Assembly (NCBI GenBank): GCA_964016885.1
Contig: OZ024741.1
Span: 194,122,001 to 194,186,000 of the forward strand
DNA from: Eledone cirrhosa
Lineage: Eukaryota
Length of the DNA stretch: 64,000 nucleotides
Reading direction: 5' to 3'
A program made the translations under genes and the position numbers. Shown here piece by piece: positions 11,468 through 23,237 of the stretch (positions are counted from its first letter, which is position 1; every line of letters starts with the position of its first letter). The notes below the pieces were generated by a model. It saw only the letters and a program-made list of their open reading frames with translations, did no database searches and was not told where the DNA came from.

Positions 11468-13448
11468 CACTGGTCAACAGCCAAAATGGTTCTTACATGT
11501 GAATATGTGCATCTTACTAATTTCATAGCACTAAATTCAGTTTTGATATTCATTTTTTGCTATCGGACCAGAATACCTTAATATGAGATCGAAAATATGT
11601 TCCTCGTATTGCATTATTTATCCATTGTGTAACATATGATGACTTAGGTATAAACATATTAACTTATTAATAAAAATATATAAACATATTTTTATTTATT
11701 TTTTTAACACTTAGTATATCAACAAAACATTTCTGAACAACATTCTGAACATAGCAAAATATTTCAAAACATTTCTAAACAAATTTCTGGATTTTGCTTT
11801 TACGCTTGTTTTGCTGGCTCTCCTCACGTTGCAGTGTCCAGCAGTAGTCGCCCATCATGTTGGGATTGAACCGACCCTGATACCTACTCTCCACTATGAA
11901 ACCTCTCTCTCCATGTTCATCACTGATGTCTCCTAGATTACTTGGGAAGAAATCCAGATGAGAATGGAAGAAATAAAGCTTCAATGACATTCGTGAACCC
12001 AGAGCGCGATAATTTTGTATCATGGTTTCAACAATTTCTTTATAGTTGTCTGCACGGTGGTTTCCAAGAAAGTTCTGTGTCACATCTACAAATGATTTCC
12101 ATGCATTAGTCTCCAAAGGGTTTAGTGTTTTCGTAAACTCACTATCATTAACCAGCATACGAATCTGAGGACCATTCAAAACCCCTGCTTTTAACTTTGC
12201 TTCAGATACCACTCTACCCAATTTCTTACACAAGTACTGAAACCCATTACCTGTATGATCCCTGCTTTTAATAAAGTTTTTGGCCAAGCCTAATTTGAGA
12301 TGTCATGGAGGGAGGAATACTTTTTCTGGATCCACGAAAGGTTTGTACAAACAGTTGAATCTACCGGGTGCATCCTTTGGTCTTGTTGGCCAATCCTTCT
12401 TCATGTAGTGCTCTGCATCTGCTCTACTATTCCACAAACATAGAAAACACATATGCTTTGTGTAACCAGTCTGAAGACCTAGAAGTAGACTAATTAAGTT
12501 GTTTATGACGATGACGAGCGGTTGTAATGCCGACGCCAGGTTCCAGCAGGTTTCGTTGCTTCAGTCTTGATCCCAGGAGCTCTGCCTTTTCTTTAGACAA
12601 ATGTAGGTCTTTAATGAGATCGTGAAGAGCTTCCTGGTTAAATGGTATGGGTTCACTTGTCTCATGTTCGTCTTGATAGTCATCATCAATAGGGGTGCTA
12701 CTGGAATCAGAATCAGAGATTAGCTCGTGTTCAGCAGGTGGAACTGGAACAGGTAATTCGTCACTGTGAGGTGCTGGTCGGATTGCTGACGAGATATCGG
12801 GGTATTGAAGTGTAGTTCGTGTCTTCACAGTTATTCCTTGGATGTTTATATGGCAGAAGTAACAATCGTTATTGTGGTCTTTTGGTTCTCGCCACGCCAT
12901 TGGTACGGCAAATGGCAAACCAGAGCTTCGTTTCCCATTCTTCCATTCACTTAGGTGATTAACACATAACCTACACGCTATATGAGGCGCCCATTTCTTG
13001 TCCTGGTCTCCTAATGGACATTTGAAGTAGCATTTGTAGTTTACTCGAACTGCTTTTGTGATTGGTTTCTTTATGCTTTCTGGGGTAAAGAGTCCACAAA
13101 TATAGCAAAATCGGTCCGGGTCATTTACACATTTCCGGCGTTCCATCTCTCCCACTAGTCAAAGTTGTTGTGAATTATCCAAGAATAGCTGAGGATAGTT
13201 ACAATTCTGTGATCTAAAACAAAAGCAGTAAATATAAATTAGTTAACAACTAAATATGGTGGATACAATTGGATGAAGTAATATGAGCCACATAGCTATG
13301 GGTCATAAACATGGATATGCTGGTTCTTGAAAACTAGACCGGATACAGCTTAACCGTTGTCATATTCAGATTCTGCACACTTGGTTACCCTAGAATCATA
13401 CTAAATTATACCAGAACCATGAAATGAATATTTTTTTGTTGACCAGTG
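11468..13448 (-). mobile_element. Chapaev3 (CMC superfamily) DNA transposon, internally deleted
   Basis: Perfect 12-bp TIR CACTGGTCAACA, 3-bp TSD TAA (11465-11467 and 13449-13451); motifs FCYICG, WAPHxxCxxC, PFAVPMxWREPxDHxxDCYFC, GPQIR, SDEHGER, RYQG, MxDYCW match Chapaev3 transposases as recalled. Confidence 0.85.
11775..13155 (-). pseudogene. Chapaev3 transposase pseudogene (ORFs 12490-13155 and 11775-12287)
   Basis: N-terminal zinc-binding region and C-terminal catalytic motifs separated by an apparent deletion near 12490, a frameshift and a stop. Confidence 0.8.
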
Positions 13449-16400
13449 TAATCAGTGCCACTTTAGCTCCGACGTTCTCCGTGGAGACGTCCCACGCTTC
13501 GACGACCAGCTCTCTACTGAGGACTTTGCTGCAACCCTCTGGGGTTTATCCAAATCAAAGCTCATCAACCGGATCCCCGAGGGAGCTCGGAATAGCTTTG
13601 CACGTGCCCTCTCCAATCTATTGAAAAGCATTTGTTTATCCAACAATACGTCTGGCTGGCAGAAACTGTTTTTGTTTCCTCTCATCTCTCTTCACGTGCA
13701 CAATGAGAAATCTGGGTCCCTCACATGCAATAGTTCCAGCTGATTGAGTCCTCCCCAACCACTTCTCACCTCAGTTTGACATCGAGCTCGGTGCCTACCA
13801 ACAGGCAACCGATTAACCTCAAGCATGTGATTAATGCCAAATTCAGCGAATTTGACATTAAAGGGGCTGTCTGTCTCCTCTCTGTCCTCCCTCGCTCTGT
13901 GTAACTCTGATTCTTTTGAGCGACTGAAAGAGAAGCCCTCCACCCAGATGATCAGTTACACCGGCCCAAACCACCAGAATACTCGAGACCGGTTTACACC
14001 ACTGATATCACCAGAAAGGCGATTTCATCCTTCGCCGCTGGGCCAGGCGCGGGGATTAACGGCCTTCGACCTCAACACCTGAAGGATGGTATCTCCTTAT
14101 CGGCCGGTGACACCGCACTCGAGCTCTTGGAGAGTCTGGCTCAGTTTGTGAATCAGTTCTCTTCAGTGAACGTTCTCCCCTATATCCACCCACTGTTCTT
14201 CGGTCCCATTGTGGTTGTTTGCACCTTTCACCGTCTTACTGCAAAGGTGTGTTTGCTATCAATCTCTGACTCACTGGTGGAGGAATTTTCCCCCATCCAG
14301 CTAGGGGTGGGTACCAAGTTGGGATGTGAGGTTGCTGCCCACGCTACCAGAGCCTTGACCAACTTGCCCTCCTTGTCCCCCAACGTCATCCTCAAACTTA
14401 ACCTCAAGAACGCTTTCAACTCCATCAGCCAGGATGTCGTCCTCAGCTCAGTAAGAAAGAGGGTCCCACAACTCTACTACTTTGCTTGGCAGACTTATTG
14501 GGAGCCCTCCTACCTCTCTTTCGGTCACCAAATCATCACCTCTGCCTCAATATTTGAACAGGGCGACCCACTGGGGCCCGCTCTGTTTGCACTGGGCATT
14601 GATGATATCATCAAGATGGGGGTTGAGTTGGACCTTAACGTCTGGTATCTTAACGACGCTTGTTTGGGGGAATCTCCGGATAAGTTCTCGCCACTGCTAA
14701 CAAAATGGTTGAGGAGCTTGGCCGTCGGGGTCTCCACGTCAATAGCTCCAAATGTGAGCTCTGGATCCTTAACCACCCGACTTCTCAACATCAACGGACA
14801 ATTGACCTGTTTATAGAGTCCTTCCGTTCCATTCCGATCCCTTCCCCGTCGGTGGTGCTCCTTGGGAGCCCCAATTACAGACCTTGCCTTTGAGTCAATC
14901 TTCCAATCGAAGATGGTTGGCCTTGTGCAGTTGCTGAAGAATATTGAAGCAGTCGTACCCCATCAAGGTTTTTTCATACTCAGAAACTTCCTTTCGATTC
15001 CTAAGCTCAGGGTCAGCCCATCTCAGAGATTTCCGTCATGCCTCCAATGCTTCAACGACCTAATCTTCGAGAGACTCGAGTGCCTGGTCAATGTCAGACT
15101 CTCTCCAGAGTACCACGATCAGGCTGCGTTGTCCAAGCGATTTTGGGGTCTTGGTCTTCATAAATGTTCGTTCCTCTCTCTCCCCTACTTCCACCCACGC
15201 TTCTCCACCCTGGTGAGCAACATCCTCTCCTCTCCAACATGGACTAGTTCCAACAGGGAGTTAGATGAAGCTCTCCAGCAATGAAGTAAGTTGGGCTTGT
15301 CTCTTCTTGACAAAGCGGAGAGCTTGGGACAGCATAAGTTCGAAAGCTACTGTCGACTAACTCTTCGACCAGTCGGATCAGTTTTCAAGGTGCCACTTAC
15401 TGTCTGCCAGCGCCAATTACTCAAGTGACTGGGTTGATGCCCTACCCGTGGCTAACGTTGGTGGCCTACTCAGCTTGGACGAACTTCATGTCTCCATTGC
15501 CCTCAGAGTGAAAGCTGACTTCCCGAAACCACAGTCTTTCTTGCCTCCTGAATGCCGGTCGCTTTGCGCGTGACACGGAACTAAACCTTATTCTTAAGAG
15601 AGCTTTGGCCCGGGCAAACATCCCCTCAATTTTGGAACCATCTGGGCTGTCCAGAAGTGATGAGGAAAGACCTGACGGTCTTACCCTCTGCCCCTGGTCG
15701 AGAGGCAGATGCCTTGTCTGGGACTTCACAGTTAGTGACTCTTTTGCTTCTTCCCACATCCTGGATGCTGCGGTTAGGGCGAGAGTCACAGCTTCCGCAG
15801 CTGAACGGAACAAAATCCTAAAACACTGTGATCTGTCGGCCAACTACATCTTCCAGCCTGTGACGTTTGGGGGAGTCGGGCTACTGACTGCGACATTCCT
15901 ATCTTCACTGGCACCTTGCCTAATAAAGGTAACTGGTGAAGCTCGTGGGGGTGCTTAGTTGTTCCAGCGCATCAACCTAGCCATCACCCGAGGCAACGCT
16001 GCGAGCGTGCTGGCTTGCCTAAAAAATCATTAGAGAGGTTTCCCAGTGTTCCTTGCGATACTGTTATCTTTTACTCTGGTAGCGGCTCGGTTGTCCACCC
16101 CTTTCGCCTGCCTTTTGTTGTATGTGGTCCCAAATGTGTTTTTTTTTCTTTTCTCTTTCTTTTGCTTCCTTTTTTCTGTTTTCCTTTTCCTTTATATTAT
16201 ATTTGTTTGTGCTTTCGTTCTGTAAGCATTGTATTACTATATCTCTTTTTATACAACAGTGAATAAAATCGAGGATAAAATTATTAAAAAAATATTCGAG
16301 TATCAGTATGGCTTCGTGTCAAATAAGGGAATTTGGATTTTTTAAAATGCTCTTTAAATATTCTTTCCCCTCCGATAGTTGAAAAACAAATAATTTCTGA

Positions 16401-17382
16401 CGTGTTTGGAGGTCAGATTCGTTTAAAACACACGAAACAACCGAGAAAACAAAAAATATTTCTACCAAAACTCGAGACAGGTGTTCATGTAAAAATGTAT
16501 TTTTTGTTGAAATAATTCTGTGATTGTATAAAATAAAATACATTGTCTTTAAATCAATTTTACCATAATCGTAACTTCCATTGTTGTTCGGCAAGCAGGT
16601 CAACCAAATCAACCTATGATCAAATACACACCAGTCATGACCACCCATCGTTTTCCCCAATATAGTATATTAAAAATTACAGTGTTTGTGTTCTTCCATT
16701 TCATATTAAGGTGTGATTTGAGGGTTAATTAACAGTTAATTTGAGCAGATCAAGCGACTACATATAAGCTCCCTCGTTGGCTCCGAGCTTCCATTTATGA
16801 CAATTCTTTTTCCTTGGTGTAACATTTTACGGTAAATAATCATCCGTATTTCGGGACAGGAAACAACTGTCTGTTTACTAAATAAACATAGTACTAAACT
16901 TGTATTATTTTAATTTGTAAAGGGACGCAACTACATACTGCAAGACTTTTTTTTAGTGGGGGAACACTTTTCAATTTTAATCACTATATTTACGTCTTAA
17001 TACAGTCCTTAAGATATATAGGTTTACTTACAAACGTAGTAAACATGTTATTTTTTATAAGAATGTAATTATTTTGTCCGTACGTTTCTGTTCATTCAGA
17101 CCTGCTCATGTTATGTGGGTCTTGTTAATGTTAACAAATGACGCGCTAACATGATTTTGGTTCAATAGGAATATCTATCAACAAAATATGTAAGAACAGA
17201 TGTAAACACCTTATGTGTATGTCTAAGGTATTTACATCTATCTATAGATAATTATATATATATATGAAACGGATAGGTGTATTCTTTGTATGGTAGTTTT
17301 GATGAAAAGAATAATGCCATGATTGAGTTGTTAATGTTTATTTTACAATAACAATATTCGATTTGCACATCGCATCGAGCAA

Positions 17383-17480
17383 TAACTTTGCCTTTCATCC
17401 TTACGGGGTCGATAAAATAAAGTACCAGTAATGCACTGAGAGTAATTGCTGGCCTTGTACCAAAAGTAGAAACAATTATT
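17383..17480 (+). mobile_element. SINE family 1 3' fragment
   Basis: aactttgcctttcatcc...gtcgataaaataaagtaccagt tail. Confidence 0.7.
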
Positions 17481-18105
17481 TATGACATAAACCGTCGCTA
17501 CATTAAATTGTTAGCTCTACGAGCCAACGTGAATCCATGTATCAGAGAAGACGATATAGCATATAAGTTGTATTGTGTCTTGCAGATACAATATGGCAGA
17601 AAGTTAGGATGAGAGTATAATATAACAATATGAACTTACTATGTGTGTGTGTGTGTGTGCCTATTCTTAGAATATCTTATTCTCATAGTAGTAATGGTCA
17701 ATCTGTCAGGCAGGCATGGCTGGTTGTCTGGCTGTCTGGCTGTTTCGGCGGCCGAGGAGGTAAGCCAGTAAGGGCCAGGAGAAAGATAGAGTCTACTGAT
17801 GTTACAAAAGTCTAATGATGTTACATCGTTATCTTGTTGACGGCCTCTTTGTGTCTGACCTTTTGGTTCCTTAACTCCTTGTATTTATAATAAGTGCTAA
17901 AGTTAGAAGGATGGATATATGAGGTTGATTTATGGTCAGCTCTGTGGTTATCGTCTCCCAAGAGGTTGAGGTCACAGGTCAAATGGAATGTACATTTATC
18001 ATCGTTGTCTTGACAAGACAATGGTGAGAACTTCCAACGATAGATTGTCCCAGAGGCGAGAAAGCTCAGATTCGGTTTCGAATCTTCGCCGGTAAAACAT
18101 AGGAG

Positions 18106-21100
18106 TATAGATAAAATGAGGGGTTACATTTTATTTATATCCTTTTACAATTGCATGTTATCAGTATTCGAAGGATCTTATTTATAAGCGATATAATTGA
18201 AATACATTAATCGAAGAGTTGGTAGCTTCTCATTGGTAGTAAACGCTTCTGACTTCCAGGATATAAATAAATAACTCTTTAACGCTCAATCCTCTATAAA
18301 TATAATTTTATTTGTCGAAAAGGAATGTAGGAGTCATTTTACAATAATTCTTCGCGCGTCCTTATCATCTCCTGGTCAGCTCGGTCTGTCTGGTCTCTCG
18401 AGTGCCTGTCTGGGGTTTTTCACCAGAGAGCGAGAGTGAAATTGACCATGTATTCATACGCAACTTCCCATTGGTCAGTTTGACATTATTGCATATGAAA
18501 ATGTTGCTATTGCGAGGTGCGACGTAGTTCCACTACATCACCCTCTGCTTAGACTGGAAAGCAGTCGATAAAAATGAGGAGAAATTGTCTGCAAATGTAA
18601 CATAAGTCATGCAAAGCAAATACAAAAATGAAGAAAAAAGAGAAAAAAGAATAGTTCATATGTAAATTGTTTTACAAAGTTTCTTGGGCCAATGGACCTG
18701 ATGACCACTGCGAGTTGTCGTGATGTATGTTGAAGGTAAAGGAGTGTTTGTATGTGATTGTGGTGTTTGTGGTGGTGCTTGTATTGACACATTGTAGGAG
18801 GGGGAGTATGAGGCTATGGTGTGAGAGCATCTGTCTAGGCTCGCTTTAGTCTGTCAATAGAGACTGTTTCTTTATGTCCATTAAAGTCAATGGTGAAATG
18901 TTTATCTGTACGTGTAAGTACGCGATAGGGCCCAGAATAAGGTGGAGTGAGAGGACTTCTCACTGAGTCATTTCTGACAAAAACATGGGTCCACGAGGCA
19001 ATGTCCCTCGGAACCGAAGATTTAATGGCTTATTGCCTAGTGTTCATAGGAGGCTGGACTTGAAAATACGCACGCAAATGGGTCACATATAGTGTAGGGT
19101 CCTGAGTAGCAAAGTCAAATGGGGCAAGCATCTGCCCTGGCGGAGATAGAGTAGTGCCGTAAAAAATCTCGGCTGGAGAGAATCCAAGGTCCTCTTTCAT
19201 TGAAGTGCGGATACCTAGTAGTACTATGGGGAGGTAGTCGCTCCAATGTAGAGTATCCGGATAGACACGCAATGCGGCCTTTAACTGGCGATGAAAACGC
19301 TCTACCATTCCATTCGATGCAGGGTGGTAACTAGTAGTCCTGATGCGTTGAGCGCCGATGATATTCGATAGATCCTTGAAAAGTTGGGATTCAAACTGCC
19401 TACCACGATCTGTAGTAATAATGGTAGGAACCCCATAGCGCGATATCCACCCTGAAACCAGGGCTCGCGCTACAGATTCAGCAGTAATGCCACTAAGAGG
19501 AATGGCTTCAGGCCATCGGGTGAAACAGTCAATACAGGTCAGGATGTATGAACATCCACGACTGGCAGGCCAAGGGCCCACGATATTAATGTGTATGTGG
19601 CAAAAACGTGCGTCAGGTGCGCTAAATGCGCCGAAAGGTGCGCGAATGTCTATGCACCTTCGACTTTTAACAAGGTAAACAGGAACGTGACCAAGCAGTG
19701 ATATCACGTCTCATATTCGGCTAGAAGAATCTAGCTGAAATGAGTTTCACTGTGGCGGAAATTCCGGGGTGTGCCAAACTATGTGGAGAATCAAAAACTA
19801 TTCGACGATGAGTCTCTGGTACCAGAGGGCGAGGTGAATCTGTCGCAGTATCACACAGAATCTGAGAGTCCGAAGTGGGTACAAGCAGGTATTTAAATTT
19901 GCAAATTCAGGTGAAGACAGATCCAATGACTCTAGGATTGGCTGTTCTGCAGCCACAAGATGCAAGTCAACAGTCGCAGGTGCTGACAAAGCATTCGTGG
20001 GTAGGCGAGATAAGGCATCCGCCGCTGTGTTTTGTTCACCCGGTATATGACTAATGTCATTCGTAAACTGGGATATGAAGTCCAAGTGACGAGTTTCTCG
20101 AGGTGAGTATTTGTCCGGATTGGAACTGAGTGCGAACGTAAGTGGACGATGGTCAGTATAGATCATAAACTGTTGGCCTTCCAGTGAATGCCGAAAGTGT
20201 TTCACAGCAAGGAAAATGGCTATCAGTTCGCGGCGGAAGTTGCTATAGCGGGATTCGGCAGGCTTCAGCTGCTTAGAAAAGAAAGCAAGAGGTTGAAGCT
20301 GTTGTTGGTGGTGCTGTTGCAATACTGCACCTACCGCTGTGCTTGATGCATCAACAACCAGCGAAAACTGGGCACCAGACACAGGGTGAGCAAGCAGAGA
20401 TGCGTTTGCTAAATTCTGTTTAGCTTTGGAAAATGCTTCACGTTGCATGGGTCCCAAAGCGATTGGCTCGTTCTTCTTCTTTCTGTTACACAGGAGATCA
20501 GATAGTGGAGCTAAGAGTTCTGCGCAATGCGGGATAAACCAACGATAATAATTTAGGAGGCCCAGGAACTGCCGCAGCTGTGGAAAAGAAGTAGGCGGAG
20601 GGAGTTCCTGAAGAGCCTTCACTTTCTCAGGAAGTGGGAATATTCCTTCAGAGTTTATCACGTTTGGGTCACCACTTTATAGATAAAATGAGGGGTTAAA
20701 TTTTATCTATATCCTTTTACAATTGCATGTTATCAGTATTCGAAGGATCTTATTTACAAGCGTTATAATTGAAATACCTTAACCGAAGAGTTGGTAGCTT
20801 CTCATTGGTAGTAAACGCTTCTGACTTCCAGGATATAAATAAATAACTCTTTAACGCTCAATCCTCTATAAATATAATTTTATTTGTCGAAAAGGAATGT
20901 AGGAGTCATTTTACAATAATTCTTCGCGCGTCCTTATCATCTCCTGGTCAGCTCGGTCTGTCTGGTCTCTCGAGTGCCTGTCTGGGGTTTTTCACCAGAG
21001 AGCGAAAGTGAGATTGACCATGTATTCATACGCAACTTCCCATTGGTCAGTTTGACGTTATTACATATGAAAATATTGCTATTGCGAGGTGCGACGTAGT

Positions 21101-21109
21101 TCCACTACA
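18106..21109 (-). mobile_element. Gypsy LTR retrotransposon B with two 432-bp LTRs (18106-18537, 20678-21109); gag, protease and most of RT deleted
   Basis: 4-bp TSD GGAG (18102-18105 and 21110-21113); about 11 LTR differences by eye; PBS TGGTGACCCAAACGTGAT (tRNA-Trp-like); PPT AGAGGGTGA; RT thumb/RNaseH ORF 19798-20661 (LRQFLGLLNYY, VDASS, TDHRPL); integrase ORF 19030-19707. Confidence 0.95.
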
Positions 21110-21139
21110 GGAGTATTCCGTTATATATATATATATATG

Positions 21140-23237
21140 AACGTATGTGAAGCAGTTAAAAAGAATAATAGATAATAGTTATCATTTGTGTATTGTGTTT
21201 TGTGTGTTGGAAAGGGTATGGTTTGTTATATCAATACATGTAAGTTGGTTGAATTTGCAGGCTGCTGTAAGCCTCATGTTCTGCTGTGAATATAACTCTG
21301 AAAAGAATCTTTCCATATCACATTTAAAAGCAATGGTGGTGGTAAATGGCATCACAAGACTTTAGCATGTTTTACATAATTTATTAACAAAGGTTAAGAG
21401 CTGTATAGAGCTGACATGCCAAAACAAATGAAATGAACTAATTAAGAGTCCAGAGAAGATATGGTCTACTGGCTGAAGTGTTAACCAGGCCGTGGTTATG
21501 TTGTGTTACATATTGGTCAATGTATGCGAAGGAAAGTCTCGTTTGGGCGGAAGTTGAAAATACATATCCGTGCGCGGATCACGATTGGCTTAACTTAGCC
21601 AAATAACGTACTAACAGCGTATCAATGTGCCAAAGGAAAGTAGCTTGCTACAATACCCCCTGTTTAAACCGGAAGGGCGATAAATATGATTGAATTCGCA
21701 TTGATCCAGTAAGAAAACGCTGAAAAAGAGCACACCAATGAACAAAAATTGAACGAATGAATGAATGCATGCAAGAAGAAAATTGTAAATGAGGCGCTCA
21801 GGGCCTGTGTTAAGCCACTATGTCAAATGGCTAGCTGTTTGCTATTTATACGTGACCACCCGAGGTCTAATAGAAAACGTATAAAGTCTGACATGGGCGA
21901 AAAGTTAGTTGTTATGGTAATCGTTTTACCAGAGCTGTGAAGATGAAGCTGTTATGGTAATCGTTTTACCAGAGCTGTGTTAGCTGTTGTGGTAGTCGTT
22001 GTACCAGAGCTATGTAGTTGAAGCTGTTATGGTAATTGTTTTACCAGAGCTGTGTAGTTGTAGCTGTTATGGTAGTTTACTAGTAGCTGTGTACAGGCAG
22101 GTATCTTCATTTGCCGATTGCTAATTCCGGTGAAGAGAGATCCAACGACTCTAGTGTGGCTGTTCTGCAGCCATAAAATGTGAGTCAATATTCGCAGGTG
22201 CTGGCAAAGAATTGATGGGTAGGCGAGAAATTGTCGGCTTCCCAGTGAATGCCGAAAGTGCTTGACAGCCAGAAAAATGGCTAAAGTTACTTTGAAAAGA
22301 AAGCAAGAGATTGAATCTGTTGTTGGGTCGTTGTTGACGTAATTGTAGCTGCTGTTATTGGGTACAGCGGTAAGACTATAACGCTGCCACATCGCTGCTG
22401 CTGTGGAGAAAGTTGTTGTTTTAAACACATTTTTCCGTGTAGTTTATGGTAATGATTAACCAATGTTGTTGCTGCTGCTGTTGTTGTTGAAGTTGTTGAT
22501 GTTGTCAATTATTTTCGTACTGTAATCTTTTGAAATACAGCTAATTTTTCTCCTAAGGAATGTTTTCTGCGGCGAGTTCATCAATTCAACAAGAAAGTTT
22601 TTGAATGGTGTGTCGATACAATACAAGAAAGGTTGTGTGTTGTTTTCTTTTTTTTTTTTAATACTGCTAAAATTTTTTTTTAGAGGAACATTTCGTTCTC
22701 ACGGCGAGTCACCACTCTAGAAGTTTTTAAGAATATTATAAACGAGAATGATAATATTTGTATTTGAGAGTTTGTATTATGCATGTATCAACAGAGTTCA
22801 CCAAGATAGCAGCAAGTAATATGTAACCAGTTTAGAAGTAAGATAAAATAATGTCAACGACAATTTGTAGTTTGTTGTAACAGAATTTATTAACAATGTT
22901 TAAGGTGAGAAGAGCTGGATTGGCATGCCAAAATAAATGAATCAAACAAATTAAGATTTGCAAGAGAAGGCACGGTCTACTGGCTGAAGTGCTAGCCAGG
23001 CCGTGGTTATGTTGTTGTGTTACATATTGGTCAATGTATGTGGAGCAAAATAAGAATTGGTGTTTAGCTTACCACGATTCACGCGCAAAGAGAATTAGTT
23101 TATTAAAAGAAGCGGGAAAGTCTCGGTTTCGGCGGAAGTTGAAAATACATATCCGTGTGCGGATCACAATTGGCTTAACTTAGCCAAATAACGTACGGAC
23201 AGCGTATCAATGCGCCAAAGGAAAGTAGCTTGCTACA
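21140..23237 (-). mobile_element. Heavily reduced non-autonomous Gypsy element D (LTRs end at 21652 and 23237)
   Basis: Shared block 21378-21652 / 22884-23237 ending GTAGCTTGCTACA; PPT AGGGGGTAT; PBS TGGTGACTCGCCG near 22702-22714; pol scraps LAIFLAVKHFRHSL and LAFFSK. Left boundary approximate. Confidence 0.75.

Larger units (their letters stand above)
11407..16290 (+). mobile_element. CRE-clade non-LTR retrotransposon (RT plus restriction-like endonuclease), decayed; contains the Chapaev3 insertion
   Basis: RT motifs QLGVG..GCE.A.HA, KLxLKNAFN, QGDPLGPALF, WYLND (YLDD variant); endonuclease RPDGLT..PW..GRCLVWDFT; RGNAASV C-terminus; T-rich 3' UTR, AATAAA and A-tail. Candidate TSD AATATT (11401-11406 and 16291-16296); 5' boundary tentative. 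Confidence 0.85.
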
